From positions 12,591-76,590 of the forward strand of contig DUPV01000032.1 of the NCBI GenBank assembly GCA_012838135.1: a stretch of 64,000 bases of DNA, given 5' to 3'. Made by a program: the position numbers and the translations under genes. Of the stretch, positions 59,771 through 64,000 are shown piece by piece; the stretch's first letter is position 1; every line of letters starts with the position of its first letter. The notes under the pieces were generated by a model. That model had not been told where the DNA came from. It did no database searches and was given only the letters and a program-made list of their open reading frames with translations. The DNA comes from Clostridiaceae bacterium. GTDB lineage: Bacteria; Bacillota; Clostridia; Saccharofermentanales; DTU023.

Positions 59771-60856
59771 TTATAGATTCTTAAGAAAATCAAGAATGGC
59801 CGGTGTTGACGGTGGACATCCGGCTACGTTTTTGCATATACCCGAGGTGCATTGTCCTATACCAATCCCGTTACCCTTTACAGATTTATAACCCTGCCCG
59901 ATTAGAATGGGACTATTCTTAAACCGGTATAACAAACCTTCGTCGTCAAGCCTTGCCAGAGCCCGTATTAAATTGGCATAACACGCCGAGCATGCCTCTT
60001 TTGCATTTACATATTGAGAAAGCTTTTGTACTTTTCGCGAGGATGACGGTTGTGCAATACTTTCATCCTTGCTCAATACAATAATTTCGGCATTATCTAT
60101 ATCAGAGCTTCCGACTCCTATATCTTCAGCAATACTTATATATTCAACATCATGTGGTTTATAACCCATATTTTCTGCTATATACGCATCAATCAATACA
60201 GGATCTGTGCCGCAGAAAATACGATTCATTTGTACCGGGTTACCTCCTTCTTCGAAGTCAAGGTCACCACATATGCCGTCAACTAAAATAAAATCCTGCT
60301 TTATTATCTTGTTTAAATAAGCAATAGGCTTATGAAGACCCCGGGCATGAAATTTCCGTTTTTCCCTATCGGAAAGACAACCCTTCATATTCTTAAGAGC
60401 TCCTGTTACTAAAGTCTGACAGTGACCCTTTAAAACCGGTATATTAATCAGAAAATCCAAAGAAAGCAGCTTGTTACTTATTTCCATATCCATGCCATTA
60501 AAAGATTTTATGGTATATGAATCCTGTTTAATATCAAAAAGCGGTACATTATATTTTTTAGAGATATCCTCATAACCGCAAACTTTAAAAGATCTTTTCG
60601 TGTTGTCCCCTACCCATGAACTCTCTAAAATGATGAGATTATTATGCCCCTGTTCATATAGATATTCAATCAGCGCTGAAACAATAACAGGAGAAGTTGT
60701 TGCTCCCGAAGATGAAGGCCTGGCCAGTACCAGGTTCGGCTTTATCCCTATATAAGAGCCTTTTGGAATGTTCTTACCCAATTCTGATTTTTCAAGAACA
60801 TCTCTTGTCATTTTCCGTAAATCTTGACCATAAGTTATTATTATTCTGTTATTCAT
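59771..60856 (-). CDS. DUF362 domain protein
   Basis: The N-terminal block IGIKPNLVLARPSSSGATTSPVIVSALIEYLYEQG matches the DUF362 pattern (KPN...T.P). The C-terminus is Cys-rich. The family call is from memory. Confidence 0.65.
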   Translation of the reverse strand: MNNRIIITYGQDLRKMTRDVLEKSELGKNIPKGSYIGIKPNLVLARPSSSGATTSPVIVSALIEYLYEQGHNNLIILESSWVGDNTKRSFKVCGYEDISKKYNVPLFDIKQDSYTIKSFNGMDMEISNKLLSLDFLINIPVLKGHCQTLVTGALKNMKGCLSDREKRKFHARGLHKPIAYLNKIIKQDFILVDGICGDLDFEEGGNPVQMNRIFCGTDPVLIDAYIAENMGYKPHDVEYISIAEDIGVGSSDIDNAEIIVLSKDESIAQPSSSRKVQKLSQYVNAKEACSACYANLIRALARLDDEGLLYRFKNSPILIGQGYKSVKGNGIGIGQCTSGICKNVAGCPPSTPAILDFLKNL

Positions 60857-61096
60857 TGATTTCTCCTACCTTTTTTAATATTATACAACGAAACAAATTC
60901 AAAATCAGCTCAAAACGCTTCTTTTAGCTAGTTTTAAAATCAGCTTGTACCTGCTTTCAGCAAACAACAGAAAAATAATATATTCGGTGTGTTACATCAA
61001 GTATGATCGCCAATATAATGGAGTGGATCACGGTTGTCTCCATAGACTATAAAAAGGCTAAGTCGGGTGTGACACTATCAGGAAGGAAACTGCGAA

Positions 61097-61627
61097 ATGA
61101 GACTGTTTATAGCCATAAACTTCAATACTGAAACACGATCGCGATTAGTCGCACTACGCGACGAGTTGCGCAGCAACTCTACAAAAGGACGCTTCAGCGT
61201 ACCCGAAAATTTACACTTGACACTCGCCTTTTTAGGAGAATGCGACGAAAAACAGGTGGCCGATGCAAAATCCGCCATGAATGCGGTCGAATTCAAACCG
61301 TTTGCAATTAATATCGGTTGTATCGGCCGTTTCAGACGAGGTAGCGGTGACATATGGTGGGCGGGCGTAAACAACAGCAGGCAATTAACAAAACTTTACG
61401 AAAAACTGACAAAAAAACTGTTGGAATCTGGTTTTCAAATAGAAAAGCGTAAATTCAGTCCACACATTACACTTGGCAGAGAGATTATTACAAAGGCTTC
61501 TCCTCGTATGTTTGAAGAATTCGGACAGCCGATTGACAAAATCGAACTCATGAAATCGGAACGAATCACCGGCAAACTGACTTACACGGCGATCCATGAG
61601 ACAAAAGCCGGCAGTCGTAAAAACTGA
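61097..61627 (+). CDS. thpR: RNA 2',3'-cyclic phosphodiesterase (2H phosphoesterase, ThpR/LigT)
   Basis: Two HxT/S motifs (HLTLAF and HITLGR) at the expected spacing. 176 aa, starting MRLFIAINF. Confidence 0.85.
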   Translation: MRLFIAINFNTETRSRLVALRDELRSNSTKGRFSVPENLHLTLAFLGECDEKQVADAKSAMNAVEFKPFAINIGCIGRFRRGSGDIWWAGVNNSRQLTKLYEKLTKKLLESGFQIEKRKFSPHITLGREIITKASPRMFEEFGQPIDKIELMKSERITGKLTYTAIHETKAGSRKN

Positions 61628-61772
61628 AATAACTGAGACAGATCTCTCTTTCATGCCCAGACCGACGTTCTGCATCAAGCAACTTCCTTCTTTTTACCTC
61701 ATGCATTTCTCTATAATGTTTATTTATGTAACTTTTGACATCACCCGACAGCTTGTATCTTATAACAAAGGC

Positions 61773-62240
61773 CTATTTATCAAACAGTACAAGATATACT
61801 ACAATATCATGTTCATTCAGAAAATCTCGAATTGCAGAAGTCGCAACTTGAAGGGCTTCATCTTTAGGATAACCGTAAATTCCGCTTGAAATGAGCGGAA
61901 AAGCAATACTTTCACATTCATTTCCGATTGCAACCCGGAGAGATTCAGTATAGGCGGACCGCAAAAGTCTTTCACTCTCCCCGGGATTCTGTTTGTTATA
62001 TACAGGACCTGCCGTATGAATAACAAATTTGGCAGGAAGGTTAAATCCCGGAGTGATAACCGCCTCCCCTGTTTTAATCGGTGCAAGCTTGTCGCAGGCT
62101 GCTTGCAGTTTTGCTGCTCCGGCTGCTCTGAAAATAGCTCCGCAAACGCCGCCGCCCATTCTCAGTTCGGTGTTGGCAGCATTGACTATGGCATCAACTT
62201 CCATTTTTGTTATGTCTTGACGAATTATGGTAAACGGCAT
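61773..62240 (-). CDS. Macro domain protein (ADP-ribose / O-acetyl-ADP-ribose hydrolase-like)
   Basis: DAIVNAANTELRMGGGVCGAIFRAAG, VIHTAGPVY and SIAFPLISSGIYGYP motifs. It ends at TAG 61773-61775. Confidence 0.9.
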   Translation of the reverse strand: MPFTIIRQDITKMEVDAIVNAANTELRMGGGVCGAIFRAAGAAKLQAACDKLAPIKTGEAVITPGFNLPAKFVIHTAGPVYNKQNPGESERLLRSAYTESLRVAIGNECESIAFPLISSGIYGYPKDEALQVATSAIRDFLNEHDIVVYLVLFDK

Positions 62241-62385
62241 TACAATCCCCCTTTCTTAGTCATCTATGAATTTCCCCTTAATTCCAGCATTAAATAAGCA
62301 AAATTTGCATAACTATAAGCACCTTGAAATCATTGCATCTATCATTAGAGAGGTATATCTAATATCGCCGCTTGATTCCAGAATC

Positions 62386-63573
62386 CTATAAACTAATTAC
62401 ACAATTTTTTCCTGATTCTTTTGCTATATATAATGCCTGATCCGCATGATCAATAAAATGTTGCAGGTTCTTATTGCTATCCGGCTGGTCAGAATAAACA
62501 CCTACACTGACAGTACATTTAAATTCGCGATTTTCTTCAAACACCAAATTTTGTATTTTTTCGCGTATTCTGTCCCCTGCTAATACGGCTTGTTCATTAT
62601 TTGTATCATGTAAGAGAATTAAAAATTCCTCCCCGCCAAATCTGCAGCATAGATCTAAGGGTCTTATATTTTCAGATATTTCCTTCGCAATCATTTTCAA
62701 TACTTTATCGCCAAACAAATGACCATAATTGTCATTCGCCTTTTTAAAAGAATCAATATCAATAAAGAGAATAGATAATGATTCCTGGTTTCCCAAAGCC
62801 CTTTGATAGCATGCTTCTGCCCTATTCATAAAAAAGCTTCTATTATAAATTTGAGTTAAGGGATCCAAGTTGGAGCTCGCCTTCAACAATTTATATGAAC
62901 GATCATACATTATGAGCAGGAACCCCGTTCCGTTTACAAACATAAGTAAAACTAACATGAGGAATGTTCCGACTTGAAGAAAATTATTGGTAAACAAACT
63001 TACATCGTCATCAAACAGTGAATTTAATGCTCTCAGCAGAAGTAATATAAGAAAAAACAAGCTGATTAATCCAATAAATTTTTCGAATTTACTGCTCAGA
63101 TTGTCTGTAATACTTAGTAAATTCGGAATCACCAGAATACAAAATACACCAAAAGAGGCAATTGCAATTCTAATATTGCCTATACCGCGCGAAATCTCAA
63201 AGAACAAAAATATGATAACAGATAATGCTAACAATACACTTTGCAATCTAAACCATAGCTTTTTTGTTTTTTTATTCATCCTCAGAATAACTAAGGAATC
63301 CAGGTAAAAACTGATAAAGAGCAGTATATTACCAAGGTAAATAGAAATAATCTCACTGATATCTCCGCGCAAGAATAAGAAGATCCAGGCGATTGCCTGT
63401 AATATCTTAGCGATGCCAAATCTCTGTATCAGATTTTTTTCATGCTCTGATTCATGATATAAATAGTATCTTAATGTTAAAAAAGCCAATGCTAAATTTC
63501 CCAAGATTAAAACTCCTATCAAAGTTTTTACATCTAGTTTAACTAAGACTTCCAATAACTTTTGATAATCCAT
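62386..63573 (-). CDS. Diguanylate cyclase (GGDEF) with an N-terminal multi-TM sensor domain
   Basis: About 6 TM helices, then DPLTQIYNRSFF and the active-site sequence RFGGEEFLILL. Confidence 0.88.
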   Translation of the reverse strand: MDYQKLLEVLVKLDVKTLIGVLILGNLALAFLTLRYYLYHESEHEKNLIQRFGIAKILQAIAWIFLFLRGDISEIISIYLGNILLFISFYLDSLVILRMNKKTKKLWFRLQSVLLALSVIIFLFFEISRGIGNIRIAIASFGVFCILVIPNLLSITDNLSSKFEKFIGLISLFFLILLLLRALNSLFDDDVSLFTNNFLQVGTFLMLVLLMFVNGTGFLLIMYDRSYKLLKASSNLDPLTQIYNRSFFMNRAEACYQRALGNQESLSILFIDIDSFKKANDNYGHLFGDKVLKMIAKEISENIRPLDLCCRFGGEEFLILLHDTNNEQAVLAGDRIREKIQNLVFEENREFKCTVSVGVYSDQPDSNKNLQHFIDHADQALYIAKESGKNCVISL

Positions 63574-63697
63574 GTACTTACATCAGCTTCCTTTCTTCTA
63601 TGTCTTCAAATATATTTTCAAAAGTAATTATGTGCCGCTACAGTTTGATATGCCGAGCTTATTATTTGCGGGGATATTGTTTGAGATGTATCTTGGC

Positions 63698-63858
63698 TAT
63701 TTCGCTTTCGGCAAATCCCATTCAAACTTAATAGCAAAAAGTCTAAGTACAAAAATCACGATTCCACTGATCAGAGTCGCTGCATGTTGATTAATTTCGA
63801 ATAATATGATAAATACAATGGCCCCTGCTAAAGAAGCTGTAGCATATATATATATATA
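63698..63858 (-). pseudogene. 5'-truncated remnant of a UPF0126 (YadS / TRIC-like cation channel) family gene
   Basis: The minus-strand frame gives IYIYATASLAGAIVFIILFEINQHAATLISGIVIFVLRLFAIKFEWDLPKAK then a stop. This matches the C-terminal ...EIYATA...G.V......RL.AI.....LP block of the family (remembered E. coli YadS alignment). There is no start codon, and an in-frame TAA lies just upstream of the (TA)n tract. Confidence 0.55.
63844..63858. repeat. (AT)7 dinucleotide microsatellite
   Basis: The sequence atatatatatatata is read directly at 63844-63858, at the 5' break point of the UPF0126 remnant. Confidence 0.95.
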
Positions 63859-63881
63859 ACCGTTTGCACTTTAAAACGCTT

Positions 63882-64000
63882 TTAAAAACCCATTTCTTCG
63901 AGTATCAATACTGCTGTTTCAATTGCCCTTGGACATATCTGTTTTTGTCTATCAGGAAACTTAGCTTTGGCTTCCGGATCCCGGATATCATAACCAAGTA
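63882..64000 (-). CDS. 3' end of an unidentified gene (5' part outside the window)
   Basis: The minus-strand frame is open from the window edge: LGYDIRDPEAKAKFPDRQKQICPRAIETAVLILEEMGF, then a stop (TAA, complement of 63882-63884). Only 38 codons are visible and no family was recognised. Confidence 0.3.
   Translation of the reverse strand, partial: LGYDIRDPEAKAKFPDRQKQICPRAIETAVLILEEMGF

Noticed and set aside
63572-63790. 72-aa plus-strand ORF next to the GGDEF gene
   Set aside because: It is antisense to the UPF0126 remnant, whose translation matches a known family. It has no RBS.

Overview
This 64 kb window looks like a low-GC Firmicutes (Clostridia-like) chromosomal segment made up almost entirely of housekeeping genes. 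The organism call rests on gene content and order, not on any search. Recognisable genes are: mreD-like tail, class B PBP, pheST, secA, tkt, an sbcD/sbcC-like yhaO/yhaN pair, a P-type Ca-ATPase, nagAB, infC-rpmI-rplT, uvrA, clpE-like, pgi, valS, fba, three radical-SAM-associated genes and three CNNM/DUF21 transporters. I saw no rRNA, tRNA, CRISPR array, transposase, integrase, phage gene or named defence system. I therefore cannot point to a clear-cut novel system. The best candidates for a second look are listed here.
1. An orphan three-gene cluster of TadE/TadG-like pseudopilin-type proteins (8.1-11.1 kb). It has no pilus machinery nearby and is preceded by two tandem 66-nt hairpin repeats bracketed by 30-nt direct repeats.
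2. Two apparent pseudoenzymes: an MGS-like protein and a GH13 'glucosidase', each with every catalytic residue substituted.
3. A T7-tract frameshift splitting the SbcD-like nuclease gene.
4. A convergent 2H-phosphoesterase / macro-domain pair. The macro gene has an in-frame TAG followed by 68 open codons.
5. A 5'-truncated UPF0126 gene remnant whose break point is an (AT)7 microsatellite.
All family assignments come from motifs read in the supplied translations and from remembered alignments. No database search was run.
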